The position numbers and the translations under genes were made by a program. A DNA stretch of 64,000 bases from a virus. The stretch spans positions 24,109 through 88,108 of IMG/VR virus record IMGVR_UViG_3300010354_000057; one strand, given 5' to 3'. Of the stretch, positions 48,520 through 58,510 are shown one piece after another. Within the stretch, counting starts at the first letter, position 1. Every line of letters begins with the position of its first letter. The notes under the pieces were generated by a model, which saw only the letters and a program-made list of their open reading frames with translations, was not told the DNA's origin and searched no databases.

Positions 48520-49806
48520 ATGAGAACTACACCTTGGTGCGTAATGCCCTGGACGTATCTTGAAATTTTAACTACAGGAGATATTACTCCATGTTGTGCT
48601 AGTTATTATCTCTATGGTAATGTTAAAGAAAAAAGTGTAGAACAAATATGGAATGATGAACCAATAAAAAAACTTCGTCTTGATATGTTCAATGACCAAC
48701 TACCAGAAGCATGTAGAGTATGTAAAGAAATTGAAGATACTGGTAGTGAATGTAGTTTAAGGATTGCAAATAATAAGAAATTGAAGTCAACATTTGATGA
48801 TATAAAAAACATTACAAATGAAGATGGATCTATTTCTCAACTAAAGTTTAGAGGATGGGATTTTAAACTAAAAAATAAATGTAACTTTAAATGTAGGACA
48901 TGTACTCCTTGGGAAAGTGAGTTAATAGCAAAAGAAAACAAGGAAATAGTTGATAGAAAGGATCATTTTACTTCGGTAAAGGGGTCCTTTGATTCTGATG
49001 AAGTTCCTACACTAGAAAATACTTGCCAATCAGTAACAGATCATTTTGATTTTCGTCAATTTGCTTTGGATCAAATTGATAATTTGGAAATGATTGAATT
49101 TGCTGGAGGTGAAACACTTATAATGGATGAACATTATGAGTTGCTTGACATTTTATTAGAACACAGCAAAACTGATATTCACTTGTCATATAATACTAAT
49201 ATGTCAATTATGAAATACAAGTCTTATCATGTATTAGATTATTGGCGTAAATGGAACCCAGAAAAATTAACTGTAATTGGTAGTATTGATGAAATTGGAA
49301 CTAGGGCAGAATATATTAGAAAGGGAACCGTGTGGAGTGTTGTTGAGAAAAACTTAAAGACTATAGTTTCTGAAGGATTTCAAAGAAGAACTAATAGTGT
49401 TATAGGATGTCATAATGTATTCAGATTGCCAGAGTTAATTACATATTTGACAGATATAGATTACATTTCACCAAAATTTGATTGTTTAAATTTTGATTTA
49501 TCTGTGGAAATATGTAATTATGACCTAAGAGTATTATCAAATGAATTTAAGGATAATATTATAATTAAACTTAAAAATTTCATAGAAGATTACAACATTA
49601 AATATAAAACTGATATTACTAGTAAATTTGTCCATGTTATAGAAACTCTTAAAGAACCTCATCATATAAAGTATGCAATGAGATATCTCAAAGAAACTAT
49701 TAAGAGGGATAAATTTAGAAAAGAAAATACATTTCAGATCATTCCAGAGATGGAAGATGTCAAACGAAGTGTAAAAAGATATAAAGAACAATATAATGTA
49801 AAGTAA
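48520..49806 (+). CDS. Radical SAM protein with N-terminal SPASM/twitch domain (paralogue of 29965-31167)
   Basis: CVMPW..PCC..CRVC; CNFKCRTC; GGE; NTN. Confidence 0.88.
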   Translation: MRTTPWCVMPWTYLEILTTGDITPCCASYYLYGNVKEKSVEQIWNDEPIKKLRLDMFNDQLPEACRVCKEIEDTGSECSLRIANNKKLKSTFDDIKNITNEDGSISQLKFRGWDFKLKNKCNFKCRTCTPWESELIAKENKEIVDRKDHFTSVKGSFDSDEVPTLENTCQSVTDHFDFRQFALDQIDNLEMIEFAGGETLIMDEHYELLDILLEHSKTDIHLSYNTNMSIMKYKSYHVLDYWRKWNPEKLTVIGSIDEIGTRAEYIRKGTVWSVVEKNLKTIVSEGFQRRTNSVIGCHNVFRLPELITYLTDIDYISPKFDCLNFDLSVEICNYDLRVLSNEFKDNIIIKLKNFIEDYNIKYKTDITSKFVHVIETLKEPHHIKYAMRYLKETIKRDKFRKENTFQIIPEMEDVKRSVKRYKEQYNVK

Positions 49807-49895
49807 TATTACTACAATATAAAAACATAATTAAGAAACGTGGATTTTAATTAAATACTGTTAGAATACCCACACACAACAAACCCGAGGTATCA

Positions 49896-50102
49896 ATGTC
49901 CTTTTCTTCAAATCGTTCAGAAGATCTTACCACAGACGAGTGGAATGAATTAGTTGCTCTTAAAGATGCAATTAATCAAAATCCTGCATCTGTTCATCCA
50001 GAAAAAATGGAACTTTTTACTGAGCTTCTAGTTCGTTCACTTGAAGGAAAGTGTGATCCTCCAGCACCTACAAATTGGCGTGGAAGACCTTTATCTGAAT
50101 AA
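49896..50102 (+). CDS. Hypothetical protein
   Basis: GAGG RBS, 68 aa. Confidence 0.6.
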   Translation: MSFSSNRSEDLTTDEWNELVALKDAINQNPASVHPEKMELFTELLVRSLEGKCDPPAPTNWRGRPLSE

Positions 50103-50135
50103 TTTAATACATAATATTATTAGTGTTTAGGGTAA

Positions 50136-50573
50136 ATGGACGAAAATTATTACTCTCTATTTCCAGAAAAAAGAGTACAGGTTTTAGAAAAAATACAAAA
50201 AATTATTGATAACACAGAAAAATTATGTGAACAATTGAATAAAGACTATTGTAATGAAACCTTGAGAATATCTTCTAGATTAGCATCTTCTGGTGTGGAT
50301 ATTGAAAAAAATGAAAAGTTAATATCTGATATAAAGTCTGGTAATTATTTAAAATTTAGATATGAACAGGGTAAGAAGTATTATAAAGTAGTTCAGGATG
50401 GTGAAGACGGAACTACTAATACTCATTGCTTCATTGATATGGAAACTGGTGATCTTTATAAACCAGCGTCACAATCATCTCCATACAAAAATAGAGTTTA
50501 TGATCTGGAGAAATCGATCTCTATATCTGACTGGAGAGGGAATTATTTGAGATTGTATGATGTGACAGATTAA
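50136..50573 (+). CDS. Hypothetical protein (AT-rich paralogue of 51741-52133)
   Basis: GKKYYKV...HCFID..TGDLYKPAS...DW.G.YL. Confidence 0.65.
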   Translation: MDENYYSLFPEKRVQVLEKIQKIIDNTEKLCEQLNKDYCNETLRISSRLASSGVDIEKNEKLISDIKSGNYLKFRYEQGKKYYKVVQDGEDGTTNTHCFIDMETGDLYKPASQSSPYKNRVYDLEKSISISDWRGNYLRLYDVTD

Positions 50574-50619
50574 TAACTGTCCCCTGCCCCTTGACGGGGC
50601 ATTTTTTATGCCGTATATT
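50562..50619 (+). promoter_or_regulatory. Early promoter element (copy 3)
   Basis: GTGACAGATTAATAACTGTCCC, hairpin TGCCCC-TTGAC-GGGGCA containing the -35, TATATT. Confidence 0.75.
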
Positions 50620-50642
50620 ATGGGGGTAAATCAAACACATCA

Positions 50643-50927
50643 ATGATTTCTCTTCCAAACTTTGCTGAATTTGCTGAGAGCGTCAATTCTGACGAAGAAC
50701 TGACCGAAAGTAATTATTGTGATCAGCAACCAGTCACGATGGAATTCACTTTTGAAGAGCATGATCTTCTGAACTCTATCTTGTGTCATGCCTCTGATAG
50801 CATGGATCTAGCAATTCCATGTGTTTTTGACCTTCCAGAAGATTCTGAGATCCGACAGCGTTACGAAATGCTTAGTCGAATGAAAACTTATTCTTATTCA
50901 CTCTGGTCCACTCGATTTGGTAACTGA
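50643..50927 (+). CDS. Early hypothetical protein
   Basis: Follows promoter element. Confidence 0.6.
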   Translation: MISLPNFAEFAESVNSDEELTESNYCDQQPVTMEFTFEEHDLLNSILCHASDSMDLAIPCVFDLPEDSEIRQRYEMLSRMKTYSYSLWSTRFGN

Positions 50928-50930
50928 TTT

Positions 50931-51134
50931 ATGAAAACTTCTACTGATATTGCTACTCTTGCTGGGGCAGCGTTTGGCATCATTGTTGTTGCTATCGTTG
51001 GGATCCTTATTGAAGCATGGTTGCTTAGTCTTATTCTGTCTTGGTTTAGTGTATCTTTGACCTTCTGGCAAAACCTTGCTATCATTGTTCTGGCAAACCT
51101 GATCTTTAAGAACTCTGGAGGTTCTTCCAAATGA
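50931..51134 (+). CDS. Small membrane protein
   Basis: Hydrophobic; LTFWQ motif. Confidence 0.6.
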   Translation: MKTSTDIATLAGAAFGIIVVAIVGILIEAWLLSLILSWFSVSLTFWQNLAIIVLANLIFKNSGGSSK

Positions 51135-51249
51135 TCACTACTATTATGGCAGGATTTGCCTTTGGATATTGTGTGATGGACATTATCCAAAACTATAGGG
51201 CAAAACGCACTCTTAATGAACTACTGAAATCTACTCTGGAGAATGACAA

Positions 51250-51660
51250 ATGAAACAACAAAACGGATTTATTGTTGACGCTACTGCTATTCTGTTTATT
51301 GCTGGTGTATTTGTAGTTGGTGGTCTCATCTTTATTGGTGGTCCCCAATACAATGTGTGGCAACAATCTCTTGCTGGTAAGGCAGAGCTTCAGAAAGCAG
51401 AATATACTCGCCAGGTAGCAGTGTTGGAAGCACAAGCAAAGAAAGATAGTGCTCAACAACTTGCTGATGCTGAAATCATCCGTGCTACTGGTGTTGCTAA
51501 GGCAAACCAAATCATTGGTGACAGCTTGAAGGATAACCGTGAGTATCTCCAGTATCTGTACATCACTGGTCTGGAAGAAGGCAGCAACAAAGGTAATGTT
51601 ACGATCTATGTTCCCACCGAAGGTGGTATGCCTGTACCCACACTGCAAATGAACAAGTGA
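51250..51660 (+). CDS. Membrane protein with SPFH C-terminal-like coiled coil
   Basis: TM + AEIIRA.GVAKANQIIG.SL...YL.Y. Confidence 0.65.
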   Translation: MKQQNGFIVDATAILFIAGVFVVGGLIFIGGPQYNVWQQSLAGKAELQKAEYTRQVAVLEAQAKKDSAQQLADAEIIRATGVAKANQIIGDSLKDNREYLQYLYITGLEEGSNKGNVTIYVPTEGGMPVPTLQMNK

Positions 51661-51714
51661 CACTTTAAAGACTGTCCACACCACCCCCACTGGGGTGGTT
51701 TTTTGCTTTATACT
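51657..51714 (+). promoter_or_regulatory. Early promoter element (copy 4)
   Basis: GTGACACTTTAAAGACTGTCCAC, hairpin ACCACCCC-cact-GGGGTGGT + T-run, TATACT. Confidence 0.75.
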
Positions 51715-51740
51715 GACTTCAGTTCAAACAAACACCTCTC

Positions 51741-52133
51741 ATGTCTGCTTCCACCTTTGACCAGTATGTTGCTGAGCAGGATGCCCGCAACACCATTCAT
51801 CTTAACATTGTTAAGTATGGTTTGATGTTGTGTGATGCACTACAGCAGGATTTTCAGAAGCGTAACTATGGTTACCGTGCTGGTCTTCCTTACTCCAATT
51901 ACTCTTACGAACTGGATAGCAGCGGTCGTAAGTATCATAAAGTCTTCATGTGTATCGATGGTAAGCGTGACAGCATTCACGCTTTTATTGATAAGAAGAC
52001 TGGTGAAGTTTTCAAACCTGCTAGCATCAAAGCTCCTGCCAAAGGTGCTCGTTACAATGTTCTCTCTATTTCTTCTCGTGAAGAGATGTTTGAGCGTTGT
52101 GACTGGGCAGGTGGTTACCTGTACGCTCGATGA
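51741..52133 (+). CDS. Conserved cyanophage early protein
   Basis: GRKYHKV...SIHAFIDKKTGEVFKPAS.KAPAK...DWAGGYLY. Confidence 0.7.
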   Translation: MSASTFDQYVAEQDARNTIHLNIVKYGLMLCDALQQDFQKRNYGYRAGLPYSNYSYELDSSGRKYHKVFMCIDGKRDSIHAFIDKKTGEVFKPASIKAPAKGARYNVLSISSREEMFERCDWAGGYLYAR

Positions 52134-52314
52134 TTATTATTACTTACACGAGTGCCTTTATCATAGGCACTTTTCTTATTCCTTATTTGCTTGACCGTTA
52201 TGTACAAGATGACGATGATTGACAAATTTATTTTTATTGGGTCATTTATTTGGGTTCTTCACTGGGGTGTAAGAGTGATTGAGGAACTTCTAAAATAAAT
52301 AAAACAAAAAATAA

Positions 52315-53364
52315 ATGAAGACAATTTGTGTAACAAGAGATAAATTCGATGAGTTGAATACTTGTTTAGGATACAATTTATTAAAGTGGGCACAAGCATT
52401 TTACCTCTCTTCAAAATTAGATTTTGAATATAAGATAGTTCTTAAAGAAGATGATTGGCCAGAATTAAAATTTTTAAAATTACCTAATACAATTTTAAGA
52501 AAGACATTTTCTTTTAAAAGTATTAGACAAATAAATCACGATAATTATTATGATTTATTTAAAAAAGTTTTAGTTGATGATTCCATAGAGATAATGAAAT
52601 CATCGGATAACTGGATTATTAATGATTTATTTTTTGATAAGATATTTTATTACAACGATCAATATAATTTAAAAAAATCTTTTAATGTTGAACAATCATT
52701 AGAAAATCCATTTATAAAGATTAAATTTAAAAAAAAAGAAATAACTAATTTTTTTGAAGATGAATTTTCTGATTTCGTCGGCATCCATATAAGAAGATTT
52801 TATGGTGTATTAATAAGAACAAGTGATATAGATACACTACCAAATGAAGTGCGCGAAACCTTTTCTAAAAGTTATTTGGATGCATCAATACCTTACTTAG
52901 ACTTATTTAAGAATAATAACTATAATAAGCAAGACTTTATTAATGACATTGAGTATTATAAATTTATAGAGGAAGTTTTAGATTTTAATATTGATCAAAA
53001 TTTTTTTATAAGCACTGACATCCCAATTTTGTGTTACAAATATTATAAAGAGAGATATCGAAACATATATGATAAATATGATTACTTTGAAAAATTTGAA
53101 AATATTATTAAAAAATATTATTCTGAGAAGGATGTTGAAAATTATAGACTAATATTATATACTATTTTCGATCTATTTGCATTGTCTAGAGTAAAATTGA
53201 TTGCTAGAAATAATAAATCGCGTTGGGGTAAAGTTGCAAAAAGAATGAAAGATAAACAAGAGATAGTAGTTCCACTTGATTTAAATAACAGTCAAATTAA
53301 TGTTCCTCTTAAGATAACGTATAAAGGAAAATTGAGATATTCGGAGATTATGTATCATGGATAA
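52315..53364 (+). CDS. Fucosyltransferase-like GT-B protein (GT11/GT23/NodZ-like) 1
   Basis: LGYNL, GIHIRR, FISTD, DLFALS, SRWG. Confidence 0.6.
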   Translation: MKTICVTRDKFDELNTCLGYNLLKWAQAFYLSSKLDFEYKIVLKEDDWPELKFLKLPNTILRKTFSFKSIRQINHDNYYDLFKKVLVDDSIEIMKSSDNWIINDLFFDKIFYYNDQYNLKKSFNVEQSLENPFIKIKFKKKEITNFFEDEFSDFVGIHIRRFYGVLIRTSDIDTLPNEVRETFSKSYLDASIPYLDLFKNNNYNKQDFINDIEYYKFIEEVLDFNIDQNFFISTDIPILCYKYYKERYRNIYDKYDYFEKFENIIKKYYSEKDVENYRLILYTIFDLFALSRVKLIARNNKSRWGKVAKRMKDKQEIVVPLDLNNSQINVPLKITYKGKLRYSEIMYHG

Positions 53365-54541
53365 AACGATAACAGTAATTACTACAAAATCTAATAATCT
53401 AGACGGTTCAGTTGGAAATAGTATATGTAGGTGGGCTCAAGCATATTATTTGAACTCAAAATGCAATTTTGAATATAAAATAATATTGAACAAAGAAAAA
53501 TGGTCAGAATTAAATTTAGTTGAATTTCCTCATACTGAATTAAGATCTATCGATATGACGTTATCTTATCATGTTGTTGATTGTGATTTAATGAGAGAGG
53601 TTATTATAGACAACAAAATAGATAATTTCATAAAACATGATCACTTGATTATAGAGGAATGGATTATATTTGATAATTGTGTAATAATTGATCCTCGTGA
53701 TAGTATTAGGTATAAATTTTTATGGGATGGTCCCGATCCAATAAGTCTAATTAAATTTAAAAGTAAAAATATTGAGAACTTTTTTAAAGATGAGTTTTCT
53801 GATTTTATATCGATACATATCAGAAGATATCATTGTGTTATGATAACACAAAAACAAATTGCAACATTACCTGAAGAGATACGTGAAGATTTTTCTAGGG
53901 ATTACCGAAAACACTCTACTGTATATCTTGAGGGATGGAAACAAACAGCTGAACAAATAGTAGAAATTGTGAATTCTGGTCTTCGTAGTCATTCTACTTA
54001 CTTGCACCCATTTATTCCAGATAAACAATTTTATAGTGTAATTGATCATGTGTTAGATTATAATATTGATCAAAAATTTTACATTAGTACTGATATACCT
54101 AAAAAATATTATCAATATTATAAGGAGAAATATAGAAACATATATGATAAGTATGATTATCTTGAAAAATTTGAAAGTATCGTTAGAGATAATTATAGTG
54201 AAAATATTTTAAATTTTGACACCAAAATAAATGGAATAGAAAATTACTATGACAAAAAAGAGCATTTTGTTTTTGGAAATTTATTAGATCTTTTTGCTTT
54301 ATCTAATTCTAAATTAATTGTGCAGTCTTATCTTTCTTCTTGGGGAAGAATAGCGAAAAGAATGAATGATGTAGAACAAATAATTCTCCCAATATCAAGT
54401 GAAACTAATTCTAGATCTACTAAACCACATCAATTTTATAGTATATTGAGAAAAACTTATAATTATAAACTAAAATACAGTGAAATTGCTAAATTGAAAT
54501 CTTTAAATATTGATACTCTTGATCCGAACTTGGGACAATGA
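53357..54541 (+). CDS. Fucosyltransferase-like GT-B protein 2
   Basis: GSVGN, SIHIRR, YISTD, DLFALS, SSWG. Confidence 0.6.
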   Translation: MDKTITVITTKSNNLDGSVGNSICRWAQAYYLNSKCNFEYKIILNKEKWSELNLVEFPHTELRSIDMTLSYHVVDCDLMREVIIDNKIDNFIKHDHLIIEEWIIFDNCVIIDPRDSIRYKFLWDGPDPISLIKFKSKNIENFFKDEFSDFISIHIRRYHCVMITQKQIATLPEEIREDFSRDYRKHSTVYLEGWKQTAEQIVEIVNSGLRSHSTYLHPFIPDKQFYSVIDHVLDYNIDQKFYISTDIPKKYYQYYKEKYRNIYDKYDYLEKFESIVRDNYSENILNFDTKINGIENYYDKKEHFVFGNLLDLFALSNSKLIVQSYLSSWGRIAKRMNDVEQIILPISSETNSRSTKPHQFYSILRKTYNYKLKYSEIAKLKSLNIDTLDPNLGQ

Positions 54542-54589
54542 TAAAACTGTCCACTGACACAAGGATTTGACCATTATCGCAGGTATACT
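54532..54589 (+). promoter_or_regulatory. Early promoter element (copy 5)
   Basis: GGGACAATGATAAAACTGTCCAC ... TATACT. Confidence 0.7.
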
Positions 54590-54612
54590 ACTGGAGTAGT
54601 CAATCAAACTCC

Positions 54613-55071
54613 ATGTACTACCTGGACATCACTGGTTACGGATACCGCAAGCGGGTCTGTGAGAGCGTTGTGGACTGGTTTATGAACCGATATATGCCTC
54701 GTCATGATATTGGTCTCCGTATCATTCACAGGGGTCTCAAGCGCGAATTTGTCTATGGTTACTGTGACGTTGATGGTGACATGAAACGTCCTCGTGATTT
54801 TGTGATTGAACTCCAGTCGCACATGAACCCAGAACTTTATGTTAAAACACTGATCCACGAACTCGTTCATGCCCGTCAATGGGTATTTGGTGCATTACGT
54901 CAAAAACGTGGTAAAATGTACTATGGATCCACGAAAGTGGAAGACCTTGATTATGAGGATCAACCTCATGAAATTGAGGCACGAGAGCAGGAAGAAACTC
55001 TCTACATCACTTATCTGATCGAAACTGGTCAAATGTTCCCCCGTCAAAATCGTCCCCGTCATCTTCTTTAA
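54613..55071 (+). CDS. Putative Zn metalloprotease (HExxH)
   Basis: TLIHELVHARQ...PHEIEA. Confidence 0.7.
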   Translation: MYYLDITGYGYRKRVCESVVDWFMNRYMPRHDIGLRIIHRGLKREFVYGYCDVDGDMKRPRDFVIELQSHMNPELYVKTLIHELVHARQWVFGALRQKRGKMYYGSTKVEDLDYEDQPHEIEAREQEETLYITYLIETGQMFPRQNRPRHLL

Positions 55072-55072
55072 A

Positions 55073-55672
55073 ATGAAAAAATACGATCCCAACGAGTATC
55101 TTCTCGAAAATCTCCTTCCCAGAATTCTTGCCATCAAACCTGTTACTGATCAAAGTGATATTTTTGAATGTCTTGGTGGAGATCCAGAGTTAATCTCTCA
55201 ATCTTCTTGTCGAATTCAATTTGGAAATCAAATTGAGAGTTTCGGTAATAAAGTAATTTCTGATGTTACTACAAATTTGCTTGAGGAGTCTAATTATGTT
55301 ATTATTGGTGGTAAAAAGAGACAAGTAGACCATCTTTTTATTACTAAAGGTGGTATTATTTGTTATCTTGAAAGCAAATGTAATCTTAATTTTGACAGTG
55401 AAAAAGTAATAATGAGTAATGAGAAAGTTAAAATTCTTGCAGAAAAGTTTGGAAATATAGTACCATATTATTTTGTTCCTGTCAGAAGGCAACCAAGAAG
55501 GGAACACATTGTAAAGTATAAAAAAGAAGGTATCGAAGTCGTTGGTATGGAATGGATATCAAATCAAATTGATCTTCCATTTGGAATTGATCATTATTTT
55601 ACCTTTCTTAAAGAAGTTTGTGGTCCAATTATGGAAGAAAAGGGTATGATTCTTAAGGATCCTAGGAAATGA
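55073..55672 (+). CDS. Putative PD-(D/E)XK endonuclease
   Basis: FGNQIE...QVDHLF...YLESK.N.NFDSEK; stop overlaps the MTase start. Confidence 0.55.
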   Translation: MKKYDPNEYLLENLLPRILAIKPVTDQSDIFECLGGDPELISQSSCRIQFGNQIESFGNKVISDVTTNLLEESNYVIIGGKKRQVDHLFITKGGIICYLESKCNLNFDSEKVIMSNEKVKILAEKFGNIVPYYFVPVRRQPRREHIVKYKKEGIEVVGMEWISNQIDLPFGIDHYFTFLKEVCGPIMEEKGMILKDPRK

Positions 55673-56523
55673 AACCATTAGTTAAATATCAAGGTGGCAA
55701 ATCCCGTGAGATTAAATTCATCAAGGAGATTATGCCACCCTCCTATAATCGAATTATTGAACCGTTTTGTGGAGGGGCAGCGGTGTCCTTCCACTTTGGT
55801 GTTCCAGCATTGCTTACCGATGTTAATTGGCAAGTAATCAATTTGTATGGTGTTGTTGCAAGTCCAGTGTATGAGGATCTTCAACGATTTGTTGATCAGG
55901 TTAAAACATTTGATCATAATCAACTGGAAAAACTCTTCTATCATTCCAGAGATATTATTAACAATTCAAAGGATTATGGTCCCTTTGATAATGCCACTGC
56001 ATACATTGTTGTGAGGCAACTGTGTTTCAGTGGTATGGAACGCTATAGTTCAAAGGGTGATTTCAATGTACCATTTGGTCATTACAAGACCTTTTCATGC
56101 AATCTTTCTGAGGAACATCACAAATTCCTTCTAAATTGTAAGATTTCACATGCATCTTTTGAGCAGTGTTTCAAAGATGACAATGAAAATGACTTTATTT
56201 TCGTTGATCCACCTTACCTGGATCGTCTTGGTTACACTACTGGCGATGGTGGTTTGAACCTACATGAAGAACTTTTAAGTTGCCTCAAGGCAACAAATGC
56301 TAAGTGGATGATTGTTCATTCTGATCATGAGTTTTATCGTGACAGTTACAAAGACTATAACATTATGACTAAAGACTTCCTGTATTCACAGCGATTTGGT
56401 AGAGGTAAAGATCACAGTGGTGCAAGTGTTCAGCATTTGTACATCACAAACTATGATGCTGTGCCAGGTAGCAAAGTGGTACAGCACGTTGCCAATCCAC
56501 TGGCAGATGCCCTATACTCATAA
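55669..56523 (+). CDS. D12-class N6-adenine DNA methyltransferase (Dam-like)
   Basis: KYQGGK, EPFCGGAA, FNVPFG, DPPY. Confidence 0.9.
   Translation: MKPLVKYQGGKSREIKFIKEIMPPSYNRIIEPFCGGAAVSFHFGVPALLTDVNWQVINLYGVVASPVYEDLQRFVDQVKTFDHNQLEKLFYHSRDIINNSKDYGPFDNATAYIVVRQLCFSGMERYSSKGDFNVPFGHYKTFSCNLSEEHHKFLLNCKISHASFEQCFKDDNENDFIFVDPPYLDRLGYTTGDGGLNLHEELLSCLKATNAKWMIVHSDHEFYRDSYKDYNIMTKDFLYSQRFGRGKDHSGASVQHLYITNYDAVPGSKVVQHVANPLADALYS
56461..56518 (+). promoter_or_regulatory. Early promoter element (copy 6, inside the MTase 3' end)
   Basis: GTGCCAGGTAGCAAAGTGGTAC, TGCCA..TGGCA hairpin, TATACT at the same spacing. Confidence 0.6.
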
Positions 56524-56539
56524 CAGTTAATCAATCATC

Positions 56540-57244
56540 ATGGCAACCGAAGGTTACGTCAAATTTGAATACTTCAGTAAGGGTGTTCCCCCTTATTACA
56601 ATAATCGGTCTTTCCCAGAACTTCTTGATGATGAAAGCATCGTCATCAGCACACCTTGTCTTGAGATGAGTTATCATCAATACTTTGCACTATTCAAGAA
56701 GTTTATGATGGCTGTTGGTTTTGATGAGAAAAACATCATGCAAGGTGCATGTAACTTGGCGTTCAATGAAATGAACAATGAGAAAACCATGCGTGAGGTT
56801 GCTGAGGAATATGATCTTATCATGTCTGAACAACTTCCTGATATTATTGCTGATCGTAAAAAGCAGGACAATGAGTGGATTGAAAAGACTAATTCACAAT
56901 GGGAAGAAAGGTATTGGGCATTGTATCGTAGGTTCAAGGGATTTTCTCAATATACTGATGAAGAACTCGATGCAATGTGTGATGCTGCTGAAAAGCAGGA
57001 AGAGCAACGTCAAATGACATATGATGAGGCAATTGCTGCTGGTTGGGAGATGACTGCTGATGGGTTTTGGATTAAAGAACCTAAAGAAAAAGACTTTAAA
57101 ATGTGGAATGGTTTAGTACCTGGATCTCCAGAAGCAGTTGAGAAAGGATGTATGTGTCCAGTTATGGATAATGAGGAAATGCCATCAGATAAAAAATGGG
57201 TTGATGCTGAATGCCCTATTCATGGGAGGAAAAAGAATGACTAA
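56540..57244 (+). CDS. Hypothetical protein
   Basis: 234 aa; C-terminal PGSPEA..GC.CPV.DN...CPIHG Zn-binding-like. Confidence 0.65.
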   Translation: MATEGYVKFEYFSKGVPPYYNNRSFPELLDDESIVISTPCLEMSYHQYFALFKKFMMAVGFDEKNIMQGACNLAFNEMNNEKTMREVAEEYDLIMSEQLPDIIADRKKQDNEWIEKTNSQWEERYWALYRRFKGFSQYTDEELDAMCDAAEKQEEQRQMTYDEAIAAGWEMTADGFWIKEPKEKDFKMWNGLVPGSPEAVEKGCMCPVMDNEEMPSDKKWVDAECPIHGRKKND

Positions 57245-57380
57245 TTATGATATTCTTATGGATGCTGTAGTAAATCAGATTTATCTTTTGTATGCCCAAA
57301 CTGATAGTTGGAATGAGGTAAAAGCAAAAGAGACTGCACACCGTATTCTAGAAATCATAGAGGAATACAAAAGTAAATAA
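57237..57380 (+). CDS. Small hypothetical protein
   Basis: Start at MTNYD. Confidence 0.5.
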   Translation: MTNYDILMDAVVNQIYLLYAQTDSWNEVKAKETAHRILEIIEEYKSK

Positions 57381-57728
57381 ATTATTAAACACATTACAAA
57401 AAAATCAATGAAGTGGATCTGTAGGGCGATAACTTCTGACACCTATCTTGCTGAAGATGGTAGTTGGGTAAAAACTCAACCAGAAGCAAAATTGTTTACT
57501 GATGAAGAAAAAGATGAATTAAATCAAACAAAATATAAAATTTTAGAACCTTATTGGAATAGTATGTGGATTCCAATGGGAGATTGATTGAGAAAAATGA
57601 CTGAAGAAACTAAATTTATTTTTTCTCTCATGCAAGTTGAAAATCTTAGTAAACTTGTAGAAGGCAATGAATATGAAAAATTCTTTGCCTCACATTTAAT
57701 TCCAATCAAAGTCGAACTTGAACGTCAG

Positions 57729-57757
57729 TTGACAAACCTCAAACATTCATCTAAAAT
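57729..57757 (+). promoter_or_regulatory. Sigma70-type promoter
   Basis: TTGACA-N17-TAAAAT. Confidence 0.6.
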
Positions 57758-57780
57758 CAAGGAGTAATTTAACAAACAAA

Positions 57781-58002
57781 ATGAAGTATCTTTACATTGT
57801 TGACTACTGGGTTCCTTTCCCTTCTTCCGAATATGGTGGTGTAATCAATGTCATTGCAGAAAATGATAACGAATGCCATGATATTCTTCTTGAATGGGAT
57901 GATCAGTATGACAATCTTATCATGCAAAATGTCGTAAAAGCACCTAAGTTTGCTCTTGCGAATGAAGAAGAATCCCGTATTGTTGACAGTTTTACTACCT
58001 GA
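57781..58002 (+). CDS. Conserved cyanophage hypothetical protein
   Basis: YIVDYWVPFPSSEYGG...FTT. Confidence 0.65.
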   Translation: MKYLYIVDYWVPFPSSEYGGVINVIAENDNECHDILLEWDDQYDNLIMQNVVKAPKFALANEEESRIVDSFTT

Positions 58003-58007
58003 AGATC

Positions 58008-58205
58008 ATGAGTATTGAAATTGATTTGATGCACGAAGAGTGTATTGCAAATGTAGAAGAATACTTCTGCAATCAAGTTCTTAATCAAATGGATCAAGGA
58101 AATTTGTATAATGCACAATCTCTCCATGAAGAGTTTGTGGTTGATGGTCAAGATGTTGCTGAAAATTGGTTGTTTCTCAACGACCTGACTGGGTATGAAA
58201 TTTGA
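58008..58205 (+). CDS. Hypothetical protein
   Basis: Acidic 65 aa. Confidence 0.55.
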   Translation: MSIEIDLMHEECIANVEEYFCNQVLNQMDQGNLYNAQSLHEEFVVDGQDVAENWLFLNDLTGYEI

Positions 58206-58351
58206 AGAAGGTCTTTATGTAAACTATAAAGGATTTAAAGGACGTATCAGTTTTTTAGATTCATCTTGCATTTGTATTGCAAGTCCTTCTGTAATAGGAA
58301 ATCCTTGGCCCATTACTGTAGTTGTACACCGAAGCGAATTTAAACACATTC

Positions 58352-58510
58352 ATGAAATATCAAGTGATCTATAAAGAACCCAAGACTAAAAAGGGTTTTT
58401 ATTACGAACAAAAAGCAGTATTTCTGGACATTTCAGATGCTATGTTTTGGCAAAAGCATGTTGAGAAGCAAGGTGCTATAGATATAGAAGTTATTCCATT
58501 GTTTTCATGA
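58352..58510 (+). CDS. Hypothetical protein
   Basis: Start at MKYQVIY. Confidence 0.55.
   Translation: MKYQVIYKEPKTKKGFYYEQKAVFLDISDAMFWQKHVEKQGAIDIEVIPLFS

Noticed and set aside
55669-56523. Assigning gene symbol dam (GATC specificity)
   Set aside because: The family is clear but specificity cannot be read from sequence
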